A stretch of 64,000 nucleotides of DNA from Anaeramoeba ignava BMAN (lineage: Eukaryota; Protista; Anaeramoebae): assembly GCA_028826165.1 (NCBI GenBank), contig JAPDFW010000114.1:124001-188000 (forward strand). Direction: 5' to 3'. The notes under the pieces were generated by a model. It was not told the origin of the DNA and made no database searches. It saw only the letters and a program-made list of their open reading frames with translations. The first letter of the stretch is position 1; every line of letters starts with the position of its first letter. Both the position numbers and the translations under genes were made by a program. Positions 41,215 through 54,899 of the stretch are shown piece after piece.

Positions 41215-41453
41215 TTTTTTTTTTTTAAAAAATGAAAAATGGAAAAAATGAAAAAATGAAAAAATGAAAAAATTATTTTGAATTAAATTGAATTAAATTT
41301 TAATTAAATTTTTATTAAATTTTTTGAATTAAATTTGAATAAATTGAATTAAATTTTTATTATCATTCTTGAAAGAAAAAAAAAGTGGAATAAAAGTAAA
41401 AAAAAAATTTTTTTTTTCGGTTTTGTTTTTGTTTTTGTTTTTGTTGCTTTTCT

Positions 41454-44400
41454 TTAAATATCGAAATATCTTACTATCATCTTTCCATCACCACCTGAAG
41501 AATAAACACCATGTTCAGTTAACAAAACACGAGTAACACCATAAGTTGTCATTCTATGAGTTGAACCTTTGTCTCTAAAAAGATGTTTCTTTTCATGAAC
41601 AGCCTTCCATTTCTTAACCAATTTGAAAGTAGGAAATTCATAGAGACTAATTGAACCATCCATAGAACCAACAGAAATAAGATGGTCATTTGGGTCAAGG
41701 GATATAGTTTTGATAGTGCTTGTTGATTTTTGTTTGATTGTAAGTAAAGTTTCAGATTTGCGAATATCGAAAATATGAAGTTTTCCTTTTTTCCCACCAG
41801 TTACTAATAGGTTATATCTTTTTGAGAACGCAAGAGAAGAAGCTCCGCCATCTTTTTTGATGGGGAACGAAGTGACACGGTTATTGTCTGAAGGAAGAAG
41901 AATATCCCATAAAGAAACACATTCTGTTTTTGCATCAGTTTTTCCAAGAGTTGCAATAACGCTTCCGGAATTGACAAACAAAAAGTCATTTACTCTGTGG
42001 AGGAATGAGTCAAGAGTATAAAAGGGAGCGAATCCGCTATTTTGTGAGTCGAAATCCCAAAGTGTGATTTGGCCTGTGCTGTCGCAGATCCCGAACCTTG
42101 AGCCTTCTTGATTGAAATAAAGTTTGGTTATTCTTTTGTTGTTTGGTTTTTGGATCTGATGAATGTAGCTATCCGAATCAAACTCAAGCAGAAGTAGTTC
42201 GCCATCCAATCCCGAAGAGACATAAAACGGTGATTTTGGATGAGATTCGACCCATGTTGATTCGTAGCTTTCGCGCAGGTTTTTTTTGCGCTCAATAAAG
42301 TTGTTTTCTTGAATCAACGAAGCAATTCGTTGTCTCTTTTTTCTCAAATAAGAATAGTAATCATCGAACTGAAGAACAGGTGTTCTTGACTGATAAATCG
42401 GGCCAGTCAGGATTTTCTCCACCTTGAATTTATCAACGTTCTTTGATATTATATCTGGTGTTGCATAGCTGTGCATCGGGTTTGTGCTTTTGTTTTTCTC
42501 GAAAATTGGAACATGTGATTTGGGTTGTTTTGACAAATTTTGAACAGATAAATTTGCAATTGTATTTTTCTTTTTCAAGCGAGAAAGAGAATCGAATTGA
42601 ACTTCCGAAGATTTGACTTTTTGTGTGAAGTCCATTTTTGTTGTGGTGATGTCTTCGTAACTTTTCTGAGATTTGTCTTTGGGTTGATTCTTGAGATTCT
42701 CGAGATCATATGTATCTGCAGTTGTCAAATTTCGTGATAGTAATTTTACTTTATTATCTGAAACAATCTCAGGAACTGTATCAAATGTCCGCAATCCCTT
42801 TGTACTTGCTATTGTGATTTGGTTGTGGTTAAGGCTATTCAGACAGAATGACCGAATCAAGCCCGAAGAAGTGTGTAATACATGAGTTTTTGCTGCTCGT
42901 AATTCTTTGATTTTCTTTTCCGTTAAAACTCCCTTTGTGGTTGATTCCTTGTTTTCCCCCTCTCGTTGCTGGCTTTCCATCCCTGGCTCAGAGTTATAAT
43001 ACGTGTTTTTCCTCATGATGTCTTTTATTGTATCCACCAAAAACATCTGGTATTTTTGCTTGATCAATTTCCACAAATCGTTGCATTTTTCATCTTCGAA
43101 ATTGAATCCAAGAACTTCTTCAAGAAAAAGAGTGAAATTGGGGATTAAATCTATGTGATGAGAGCAGAATTTAAACAAATTGTCTCTCGTTTCTGACTTG
43201 AGATGCTCCATTGAAACTAATATTTGCTGCTCAATTTTCAACGGTGTTGTCATTTGTGAATTTTCAGTCATCCCACTTCCAAACCATTTTACAAATTGTA
43301 TTTTTAAGTATGTTTTGAAGAAATGAAGAACTGCCAAATCGGATAAATAAAAAGCAATCCGTTTTATATTTTCAAAAAACAAATCGACTTGGTTGATATT
43401 TTGCATATTTTTTTGCGCTCTTTGTTTTGCTTTCTGTTCAAAACTTGGTTTTTTTTGATCTTTTTCTTTTTCTTTTTCATCTTCATTCTCAATAAGACCC
43501 AACCGTTTTTTTAGTTCAAAATCATAAATATCCTCTTCTGTTTTCGCTTTTTGTATGTCGATAGATTTAACCGCTTCAGAATAATTTTCAATATATTCTT
43601 GAACAAAATTTTGTAGTTTGGTTATTAAATCTGTGAAAAAATCCTCTTCTTGTAATTCTCTTTTAAAAAAATGTAGAATTATATCATATCTTTTCTGGGA
43701 AAACCCAAAAACAAAAATGCCGAAATAAAGCGTAAAAATTGCTCTTGAGATAATTTTGACGGAATTTGGATCTTCTTTTTTTTGAAGTGATTTTTGTGCC
43801 CGATATAAAATAAGAAGTGATTGTGCAAATTCAAAAGCTTTTCTTTGCGAAAACGAACGAATAAGATTAATATCATTTTGTTCAATTATAGAAGCAATTT
43901 GGTTGCAAATTTTAGAAATGAATTCAATTTCTCTTTCTTTTTTCTTAGCAAATAAATAACCTGGATATTCTATCCTTCGTAAATTACAGAATTTGATTAA
44001 TCGATTTTTAAGTATTTTCTTTGGTATTTTAAAATAATTTGATAAGAATTTCAAATTTCGAGAAAATTGTTGATAAAAATTTTCATCAAATAATTGAGAA
44101 TTTTGATTATCTTTTTCTTTTTCTTTTTCTTTTCTTTTCTTTTTCTTTTTCTTTTTCTTTTTCTTTTTCTTTTTCTTTTTCTTTTTCTTTTTCTTTTTCT
44201 TTTTTCCAATCCCAGAAATAAAGACGTGAATTCTAAAGATGTTTGTGGAAGAAATTGTGATAATAGTTCTAAAGAATATTCAAATTGAAAATGTTTTATG
44301 ATATCTTTTGATAAATTATCTTGTAATTGATTTTTTTCCTTCTCCTCAAATTCAATATTTTCTTTTTCTTTTTCTTTTTCTTTTTCTATTTCTATTTCTA

Positions 44401-47400
44401 TTTCTTTTTCAATACTATTTTCGTTTTGCTTTTCCTCTTGAGTATCATTATCATCATCAAATTGAGATTCATCAAAATTATCAAGATCAATTCCATAAGA
44501 AAATGTTGAAGTTGTTGTGCCTCCACCAAAACCAAAACCAAATCCGAAACCATCACCATCACCATCATTATCATTATCCATATCATCAAAATTATTTTCA
44601 TCATTTTCATTATTATCATTATTTTCATCATTTTCATCATTTTTATCACTTTCGTTATTTTCATCAAATCCAAAAACATCACTTTTTTCCTTTTCATTTT
44701 GTTCCTTTTTTTGAGAATTTTGATCTAAATCAACATCTTCTTTTTTAAGAAGCAAATCTTCTAAAATTTGTAAGTTTTCAAAGGCAAGAAATGAAGAGCC
44801 TTGAATTGAATGTAAATGAAATGAATTTTTCCAGCAATTAACAAAAGATTCTTGAGATATTTTGATATTTTTGATGGAAATATTTTGCTTTATTTGTTGG
44901 ATAAATTGTATTAATGAATAATCAAATGGTTTCTTAATAAATCGAGAATCTTGGTTTTGAAGAATTATGGTTGGCTGCTGTTCATTATTTGTAATTTGAG
45001 GAAGGATAGTTTTGTTTTGATAAGACAAACCAAGTAAGCAATTGACTGATTCTTGGTATTTTTTCGACCAGAAATAGAAAATAAATTGCATAAAAACATC
45101 ATTTTGATTTGTAGCTAAAGGTAGAATTTTTTCAAGAATAAAATTTAGAAAATTTTCATTTTGATCACCCAAATAGAGTCTTGCAACAACAACAGCAAGT
45201 TGGATATCTTGAATATTTTTGATAATAACTCCGATTGCATCATCTATTTTGTCTATTAAAAGAAAAAAACTGGCTGCCAAATCAAATCTTCTCAAACCCA
45301 AAAGCTTATAGATGTTTTTTAAAGCAGCAGTTTTCCATCTTTGCTCTTGGAAATTATTTTGCAAGAATTTGGAGAGCTTGATATCTTTTGTTGTTTTATA
45401 GATTCCTGATAAAACAGCAACCTTTTTCATTGCTAAATAAAACAGCGCGCAATCTTCAGGATTTTCACGCGCTTTGAATTCCGAAATGGCAATTTTCTCA
45501 ACAAGAGATTGCAAGGTTTGTTGCGACTTGACCCAATAACCACAACCCAAAGCTCGGATATTTCTCCATTTGAACAATTCGGGAGATGGGAAGCAACTTT
45601 GGATCAATTGCTCCTGAGAATCTGAAAGAAATGCCCAGGCAACATCCGCTGATGAAAAGAAGTAATTTTCATACGAACAAGCCGATTCTTTGTTTGCATT
45701 CATAATTGATAATGTTGGTTGTTTTTCTTGGTCTTTTTCAGACTTATTTCTGGTTTCTTCTGCATTTTCCTGATTTTCATCTTGATCTTTCTTGATTTCA
45801 AATTGTTTTCTGTTTTGATCAAGAATTTCATTATATTTGAGTTGCAAAAAGAAGTTAAATGATGGATCATCAAGTGCTCCTTTGATTTCATCCTTGATAC
45901 AGAAAACTTCTATTAGAGAGATGATTTTGATTGTTTCCTCTTTTGGATATTCGTCTTGCGGGAAAATATTGATTTGAGTAATCCATGATTTGATTTTCTT
46001 GAGTTTTTCCTTCTTGTCAGGTTTGTCATCTTCTTGAGAAAGATCTCTTGTTTCGAATATTGCATCGTAATTCTGTGTTTTTTCTTGTTCGTTTTGAGAT
46101 AAGTTTAACATTTCCTGAATATCCAATGGCAAACCAATTTCTGGAGTCATAAATTGTGGATTTTCTATTTTCTGTTTGAGAAAATTGAAAAAATGTTCGA
46201 ATAAAGCCTCAATACGGTTAAATTTGCCTGCTTTGAGATCTGAAAAGAGGTTTTGTGAATGATAATAAGGCAGAGGTCTTGTTTTTTTATAGATTATATT
46301 AGGGATGCTCAATTCTTGACTAGTTTCAAATTCACTATCGTTGTTTTCTTTGTGATCTTGATGAACGGATCTGAGAACATGCAAAGTATCAAGATTACTT
46401 ACCAAAAGAAATCCATTTGAACTCCATTGGAACGCACCAAATTTGTTTTTTTCTTGGGTTTGATTTGCAAACTCTGCTAAGGGTTGCCAATAGGAAATTG
46501 TTTCGAAAGATTCCTGGTTATTTCGCTCTGTTGGCTTTTGGTAAATGAAGCTCTGATAAATATACTCATCACAAACTGGCTTAGATCCATATATAATAAT
46601 TTTTCTTCCATCAGAAACAGTGAGTATTTGGGTGTTATTCTGGATATCAAACCAATCAAATTGAATATTTGAATTTTGTTGAGAATTGTTTGTTATTGAG
46701 ATTTTTTGTTCCAATCCAAAAGTAGGGAATGAGGATTTGAGTGTCCAAATATAAATAAAGGATTCATTTTCGCTAAAAGTGGCGAATTTATCAATATTTA
46801 TTGCTTTTAAGATTGAGATATTTTTCTGGGAAGTTTCGAAATGGAAAACTTTTTTGCATTCAATATTTTTTTCAATATTTTTTTCAATATTTTTTTCAAT
46901 ATTTTTTTCAATATTTTTTTCAATATTTTTTTCAATATTTTTCAATATTTTTTTCATCTATTTCATTATTTGATTTATCTTTTGGAATTGACTGCTGATG
47001 AAATGGTGATATTTTGAAGAAGTAAATTTTTCCAGAACAATCAGCAACAAGAAGATTAAATAAAGAGGTTGAATCAGAACTGATGCATGTGTTGAGAGGT
47101 TTTGCAATAATTGCAATTTCTTCATGTGAATCTAATTCTATTTCATTGATATTTTTATGCTCAGAACTTGGGGATAATGAAATTTGGTTTTTCTGTCTAG
47201 AAAAGGGAATCATTTTCAAGATCAAATGCTTTTTATCAAAAGAAGAGAAACAAAGAACCAAAAATTGGGGTTGATTAGAAACGAATATTTGGATATCGAG
47301 AATACCATTTTTGATATTATATTCTTCAGGTTTCAATACGGTTTGTGAAAATTTAAAAATGGAACTAATGGATTTGTAGTTTTGCATGTGAATATCAAAG

Positions 47401-49779
47401 CAATGAAGTCCGTTTACATCCTGAGCAAACAAAAGAGGAAGTTCGGGAGAAAAGAAGATGTTTTTGAATGCTGAATTTGAAGGAAATTGCTTGTTTTTTA
47501 ATAAAAGATTTAGGCATCCCAAACTATGAAGACCCTTTGATTTTGCTTGAAACTTTGACTCTGAATATGTCCATAGAAAGCAATTACCATCGATATCAAG
47601 AGATCCAATTAAAGGTAAATTACTGTGAGAGATTACTTTTATAATTTCGCTGGAATGACCAATTAAATTAGAACGTAGTGTGAGCCATGATGTTGGAGTT
47701 TGTAAAGAATGATGATCTTTTTTTTCGGTTCTTTTCTTTGGTATTTTCTTTTTCAATGCACTTTTTTGTGCTATCTTTTTCTTTTTCTTGTTTTTGTTTC
47801 TGTTCTTTTTATCATTATTATTATTATTATTGTTATTATTATTATTATCATTATTTTTTTCTTTTTCAGTGTTGAGATTTTCCTTAATTTGCCTTTTTTG
47901 TAAAGAAGGACTTTTTGCTGGTAAGTCAAATGAGACGAGCGGTTTTGTTTGTGAGTATTCAGAGATTCCTTTTCCATATTCAATTTCCCAAAAAGAAAAT
48001 TCAGTAAATGGATGATTTGGGGTATTTTCATTTTTTTTATAATAAGTAATTTGAGTGTAAAATTTCAAATGACTCGGCAACAATGTTTTACGATCACCAG
48101 ACCAAAAAAAAGGCCATGATTTGTAGCTATTTTGGGAGACAAACAAATAGGTGAGATTTGAAGAAGGAGTGAACATATTAATTGCTTGTGTAAATTTTGC
48201 AAACTCCTGAATTGTAGGTGTTTTTCTAGATTGTTCTGATAAACCTTTGATGATCCAAATGATAATTGTTCCTTGGGAATCGATACCGAGAATAAGATCG
48301 CGTGTTTTTTCTGAGGAGGATTTGATATAAAATTCTCTTGCTTGATTAATTTCTGAGGTTAATAAGTATTGGTGGCCATGAGGACCTTCTGCTTTGTTTT
48401 GAATAATTGATATTTTGAGATTATCCTGATTCTCGTGTGCTTCGTATTCCACAATAGAATTTTCCGAATCGGAAAGATTGCTTGTACTTCGAGTCATTTT
48501 ATCCTCGTTATATTCATCAAAACTGTTTGTGTGACTGTTTGTATTTGTGTTTGTATTTGAATTTGTATTTGTATTTGTGATATTGATATTTTTCATTGAT
48601 TTTTTGGGATTTTCATCTTTTTCGTCGTTGTTTGTATCCTGAGTGTCTTTATCAATTGCGGAAATGTTTAGTTCAAGTGGTTTTTGTGAAGGTAATGGTT
48701 TTGCATTTAGCCAACAAACTTGAATATTTGGTGAACGAACTAAAACATTGCAAACATAGAAGCAAAAAGGTTCACAAAAATTTGTTTCTGACCAAATTCG
48801 GACAATTCCGTCTTGGCATAGAGTTAGCAGAACTTGCTTTCTTGGTGTGTTTGTTGTTAAATGGTATCCTGTTCTCCATTGTGCACTTAATACTTTTGAT
48901 GGGTGTCTTAGATAGATGAAATTTAAGTCTTTTGAAGCTTTATATTTTTATAAATATTTTTATTATTTAAATATTTTTATTATTTAAATATTTTTATTAT
49001 TTAAATATTTTTATAAATATTTTTATAAATATTTTTATATTATTTAAATATTTTTATTATTTAAATATTTTTATAAATATTTTTATATTATTTTGTACAT
49101 TTTGATTGCCTAAACCAAACTTTGGCAAATGATTGATCTTTGCAAACAGTAAAAAATAATCTTTCATCAGGAGAAAATTGACAATCCAAAATGTCTGAAA
49201 ATACAGGAATTTCATAATATTTTTCAAATTCTTTCTTTGAATTCATTTTGAAAATTAATAATTTTTCAGAAGAAATTATAAAGTAGTTATCAAATTGAGA
49301 CCAAAACATTTTTTTGGCAATATAATCTAAAGAAGATAAAAAAGAAAATTGATAATCTTCATTTTCATAAAAAAGTTGGTAAAATTGAATATTAGAAGTT
49401 GTTCCAACAGCAAGCTAAACAAATATTTGAATATTTAAAGAAAAAAAAAAAAGAAAAAAAAATAAAGGAAAAAAACAATTTTGATTTAAATCAATTTAAT
49501 TTAATCTAAATATCTGAGAAGTAAGAAAAGAAAAAGAAGAAAGTTATTTACTAAATTGCTTAAGTTAGACCATGCAAGACAAACAGGTTGGGAATCCTTG
49601 ATATTAAATTGAGATATTGGATATAAACGGTGATTTACTGTATAAATGGTTGAATTGGAAAAATAACTGAAAATTAATTTGTTTGATATTTCTGTATGTT
49701 CAATTCTGTTTGTAGGAATTGGAGTTATATTTTGAGTTGGAGAAAGTATAAAAGATTGCTGAGTATTTTGATTATTCAT
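41454..49779 (-). CDS. DMXL: DmX-like / Rabconnectin-3alpha / Rav1 V-ATPase assembly factor
   Basis: FIYLRHPSKVLSAQWR. Rav1p_C motifs LPYYH, DVAWAFLSDSQEQL, LGCGYWV, PEDCALFYLAMKK and NNFQEQRWKTAALKN..KLLG..RFDLAASFFLL. C-terminal WD40s. Introns 49551-49415 and 49098-48938. Homopolymer frameshifts near 46940 and 44130-44205. Confidence 0.92.
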
Positions 49780-50117
49780 TTTTTTTTTTAATACAAATGT
49801 AAATAAGAATGAAAAAAAAAAAATGAAAAAAATTTTCTAATTAAAAAAAAAACTTATTTTCTTTTATTGAAAAAAAAAAATAACAAAATAAAAACGTTTT
49901 TAAAATTCCCAATTATAAAAAAAAAATATATTTTTAAACCAAAAAAAAAAACCGAATTTTTTGGTTTCGTAAATCAAACAACAATAAAAAAAAATAATCT
50001 AAAGATGAAAATAGATTCATCTAAAGATAAAAAAATAATCCAAAATATTTTTTTTTGGATTATTTTCTTTTTAAGAAATAAAACGTATATAAAAATATAA
50101 ATTTTGAATAAAGTAAA

Positions 50118-50248
50118 TAATAGACGAGAATAAATTTGAAACAATAAATTTGTTTCTATCGTTAATTTTAAAGTTTTAATTTTAATAGACGAGAATAAAT
50201 TTGAAACAATAAATTTGTTTCTATCGTTAATTTTAAAGTTTTAATTTT
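50118..50248 (-). repeat. Exact 65-bp tandem duplication spanning the kinase stop codon and 3' UTR
   Basis: TAATAGACGAGAATAAATTTGAAACAATAAATTTGTTTCTATCGTTAATTTTAAAGTTTTAATTT occurs at 50118 and 50183. Confidence 0.92.
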
Positions 50249-53200
50249 GGTTGAATATTTTCCCAAATTTGTTTAAAAACCCAAAAGTCACCACGAACTC
50301 TTTTAAATTTAACAGCATAACAACGTTTAATTCCAATAATACGAACAATTTCAACTGCAAATTGAACATTTCCTGAAGTGCACATTAAATCAAAATTACT
50401 TTTTTGAACATAAATGAATCCAAGTTTTCGAAAAACTTTTCCACAACTTGATAAAATTCTTTTTGGTGATTTGAATGAAATTGTTGTTGCATCAAAAGTT
50501 CCTCGAATTTCTCTTGTTTCTTGTTGATCATTTAAGCAAATATCCATTTCTTGATCTTTTTGATTTTGGTTTTGATTTTGATTTTGATTTTGATTTTGAT
50601 TTTGATTTTGATTTTGATTTTCTTTTTCTTTTTCTTTTTCTTTTTCTTTTTCTTTTTCTTTTTCATCAATTTCTCGAACTTTTTGAGCACCTTCAATTTC
50701 ATTTGAGATTGTAACTGAGCGAGGTTTTCTTTCATCATTTTCAATAATATGTTTATCTATTGGGGGTTGTACAGAAACGAATTTTTCCGAAAGTTTTTTT
50801 GGTGTAGTAACTGTTGCTGATCTTGGTCTATAATTTTCTTGTTCTTGTTCTTGTTCTTGTTCTTTCTCAATATGATTGTGTTGGAAAAATTGATCAAGTT
50901 TTGTGGGATTTCCTCTTTTTCTTCTTTTTGGAGAAAGAATAATTGGTTTAATTTTATCATCAGGAAGATTTGTTAGATGAAGTGGGGTTATAGGAAGCAG
51001 ATTTTCTTTTTTGTTATTATTGTTATTGTTGTTATTGTTGCTATTATTGTTGTTATCGTAATAATTGTTATGCTTGTTATTGCGATTTGTGTTGGAAACG
51101 TTGCTTATTTTGGATTTGGTTGTATCTGCTGTAAATTTTGGGTTTTCATTGATGTGAATAAGCATTTGGAGTTCTTGATCATTACTTGGACTGTTAATCT
51201 GTTGATTTTTATTGTTTTTCATCTTTTCTTTGTTTTTCATTTCTTTTGGTTGCTTTTTGTTCTTCTTTCCTTTATTTCTGAATTTGGAAAAAAATCCTCT
51301 TTTTTGAGTTTTTTGTTGAATTTTCTCAGTTTTGCGTTTTTCTTCGAGAAATTTTTGTTTTTGCATTTTAAACAGGAAATATGTTGTTGTAATTTGATTG
51401 CATTTTCTTTTTTGGATCGATTTTTGAACAATTTTTGGATCGAAATTTAATTTTTCCATTTTTGAAAGAATTTCTTGATCAAATACAAATTGTTTTGGAT
51501 CAGGAGATATTTGACGAACAATTTTATTGGGAAATTCCATGTTTGTCCATTCATGATCGATGATTTCTTGCATAGTAAATCTTTCGTTTGGATTTTTCTT
51601 AAGGATATTTCTGATTAAATTTTGTGCTTGTGGAGAAACATGATCAGGCATTGTGAAATCAGAATTTATAATACGTTTACAAATTTGTCTTGGATCTGAA
51701 CCAGTAAATGGAAGAAATCCACAAAGGAGACAATATAAAACAACGCCGATAGACCATATGTCAGATTTTTTTGGATCGTAATCTTTTCCAAGGATAACTT
51801 CTGGTGATGAATATGAAGGTGAACCACAACTTGTTTTAGCAAGAAGGTTTGGGTTGATAAAAGTTGCAAAACCGAAATCAATGATTTTTAAATCCAAGTT
51901 ATTATCAAGAAGAAGATTTTCAGGTTTTATATCTCTATGAGCAATACCGATTCTATGACAAAAATCAACAGCTTGAAATTTGATTTTTTAATTTAATTTA
52001 GTTTGATTTGATTTAGATTTAATTTAGATTTGATTTGAATTGATTAGATTTAGATTTAGATTTGATTTGAATTGATTTGATTTAATTTAATTTAATTTGA
52101 TTTGATTTAATTTAATTTGATTTGATTTGATTTGATTTGATTTGATTTGAATTTAATTTGATTTGATTTGATTTGATTTGATTTGATTTGATTTGATTTG
52201 ATTTGATTTGATTTGATTTGATTTGATTTGAATTTTAGATTTGATTTGAATTGATTTAGATTTAAATTTTGATTTAATTTTATTTGATTTGATTTGAATT
52301 TAGATTTAATTTAATTTAATTTGATTTGATTTGAATTTAATTTGATTTGAATTTAATTTGATTTGAATTTGATTTGATTTAATTTGATTTGATTTAATTT
52401 GATTTGATTTGATTTTATTTGATTTGAATTTGATTTGATTTGATTTAATTTGATTTGATTTAATTTGATTTGATTTGATTTTATTTGATTTGAATTTGAT
52501 TTGATTTGATTTTATTTGATTTATATTTAGATTTGATTTGAATTGAATTGATTTAATTTGATTTAATTTGATTTAATTTGATTTAATTTGATTTGATTTG
52601 AATTGATTAGATTTGAATTGAATTGAATTTGAATTGATTTTTGATTTAATTTGATTTGAATTTGAATTGAATTGATTTTAATTTATTTTAATTAGATTTG
52701 ATTTGATTTAATTTGATTTGAATTTGATTTGATTTGATTTGATTTGATTTGATTTTATTTTATTTAATTTGATTTGATTTGATTTAATTTGATTTATATT
52801 TAGATTTGATTTGATTTAAATTTGATTTGATTTGATTTAATTTGATTTAATTTGATTTGATTTGATTTGATTTGATTTTATTTGATTTAATTTAATTTAA
52901 TTTGATTTGATTTTATTTGATTTAATTTGATTTAATTTAATTTAATTTAATTTGATTTGATTTGAATTGATTTGATTTGATTTTATTTGATTTAATTTAA
53001 TTTAATTTGATTTGATTTGAATTGATTAGATTTGAATTGAATTGAATTTGAATTGATTTTTGATTTAATTTGATTTGATTTGATTTGATTTTGATTTAAT
53101 TTTAATTTAATTTAAATTTAATTTTTTTAAATTTGATTTGATTTGATTTGATTTTATTTGATTTGATTTGATTTGATTTAATTTGATTTGATTTGATTTG

Positions 53201-54899
53201 ATTTGATTTTATTTTATTTAATTTGATTTTGATTTGATTTGATTTGATTTGATTTGATTTGATTTGATTTGATTTGATTTGATTTAATTTGATTTTATTT
53301 TATTTAATTTGATTTGATTTGATTTGATTTGATTTGATTTGATTTGATTTGATTTGATTTGATTTGATTTGGATTTGATTTAATTTGATTTGATTTAATT
53401 TGATTTAATTTGATTTAATTTAATTTAATTTAATTTAATTTGATTTGATTTTGATTTGATTTGATTTGATTTTATTTAATTTAATTTAATTTAATTTGAT
53501 TTAATTTTGATCAAATTTAAATTAAATTTAAAAATTTTGATTTAATTTAATTTGGATTTGATTTGATTTGATTTGATTTGAACCAATTTAAATTTAATTT
53601 AGATTTGATTTGAATTGATTTTTGATTTTAATTTAGTTTAATTTGATTTGATTTGATTTGATTTAATTTGAATTGATTTAATTTGATTTGATTTGAATTT
53701 GAATTGATTTAGATTTAATTGATTTGATTTGATTTGATTTGATTTGAATTGATTTGATTTGATTTGATTTGATTTGAATTGATTTGATTTGATTTGATTT
53801 GATTTGAATTGAATTTAGATTTAGATTTGATTTAGATTTAATTTTATTTGATTTATATTTAGATTTGATGATCTACCTGCAATTAGTTGTCTAAACAATT
53901 TTCTTACAAGTTCTTCTTTAACTTTTCCATGTGTTGCAATCAAATCAAATAATTCACCACCTGAAGCATATTCTGTAACTATAAAAATATAATTAGTATC
54001 TGCTAATACTTCATAAAGTTCAATAACATTTGGATGTTGAATTGTTTGTAAACTTTGTAGTTCTCTTTTTAATCTTTCTGTTGCTTTAGGATCTAAATTT
54101 ATTTTAATTTTATCAATAATTTTAATGGCAACCTATTAATTAAAAAAAAAAGAAAAAAAAAGGAAAAAAAAGGAAATTTTAATTGTGATCTTAAAATTAA
54201 ATTTTTTTTAAATTAAAATAATTAGATTTGATCATTTAACAATTTAACTTTAATTTTAATTCCAATTATTATTTTTATTATTATTTTTATTTTTATTTAA
54301 TCCAAAAAAAACAAATTAATAAAAAAAATTTTTGAAGAGGCAAAACTTTTTAATTAAAAAAAAAATTTTTTTCTTTTTGTTTTTTTTGTTCTTGTTCTTA
54401 TTATTTTATTCTTATTTAAAAAAAAAAAAAGGTTTAACACGTTGCTCCCTTTATTTATTTATTTATTTATTGGTTTATTTTATTTATTTATTTATTTATT
54501 TTTGTAGTTTTGATCTCATTTGATCCTTAAGTCAAATTGTTTTATTATTATTTAAATTATAAATAATAAAAAAAATCCAAAAAAAAAAAAACTAAACAAA
54601 AAGATAAAGGAATTATCAAATTAAAATTAAAAATAAAAATAAAAATAAAAATAAAAATAATTTAGCAAAAGAAACCAATAAATAAAAAATGATGTGTATT
54701 TTGCTCAATAAGAATAAATAATATTTAATTTAGATTAATTGTGATTTTAGTTATTTTTAAAATTAAATATAAAGAAATGGTTTACATATTGTTGTGTGAT
54801 TTTGTGAGTAGCTCTTTTAACTTTACTAAAACTTCCAGCTCCAATTGTTTTTCCAACTACATAATTACCAATTTCAATTTGTTTATTTTGAATTGACAT
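50233..54899 (-). CDS. MARK/SNF1(AMPK)-related Ser/Thr kinase with UBA-like and C-terminal KA1 domains
   Basis: GAGSFSKV, VAIK, HRDIKPEN, DFG, TSCGSPSYSSPE and DIWSIGV are all intact. KA1 domain FAVEIVRI...VKFKRVRGDFWVFK. Introns 54785-54133 and 53876-51972. Confidence 0.93.
51972..53876 (-). repeat. 1905-nt intron of (AAATC)n pentamers (ATTTG on the + strand)
   Basis: GTAGAT...TTCAAG on the - strand, phase 1, restores QLIA|AVDFCH. Confidence 0.9.

Noticed and set aside
28422-53876. CRISPR array, telomere or centromere interpretation of the large arrays
   Set aside because: There are no unique spacers. The arrays sit precisely inside introns of intact genes and differ in unit.
54133-54785. 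Intronic snoRNA in the non-repetitive kinase intron
   Set aside because: No convincing C/D box pair or H/ACA hairpins are visible on the sense strand. An Infernal/Rfam search would be needed.
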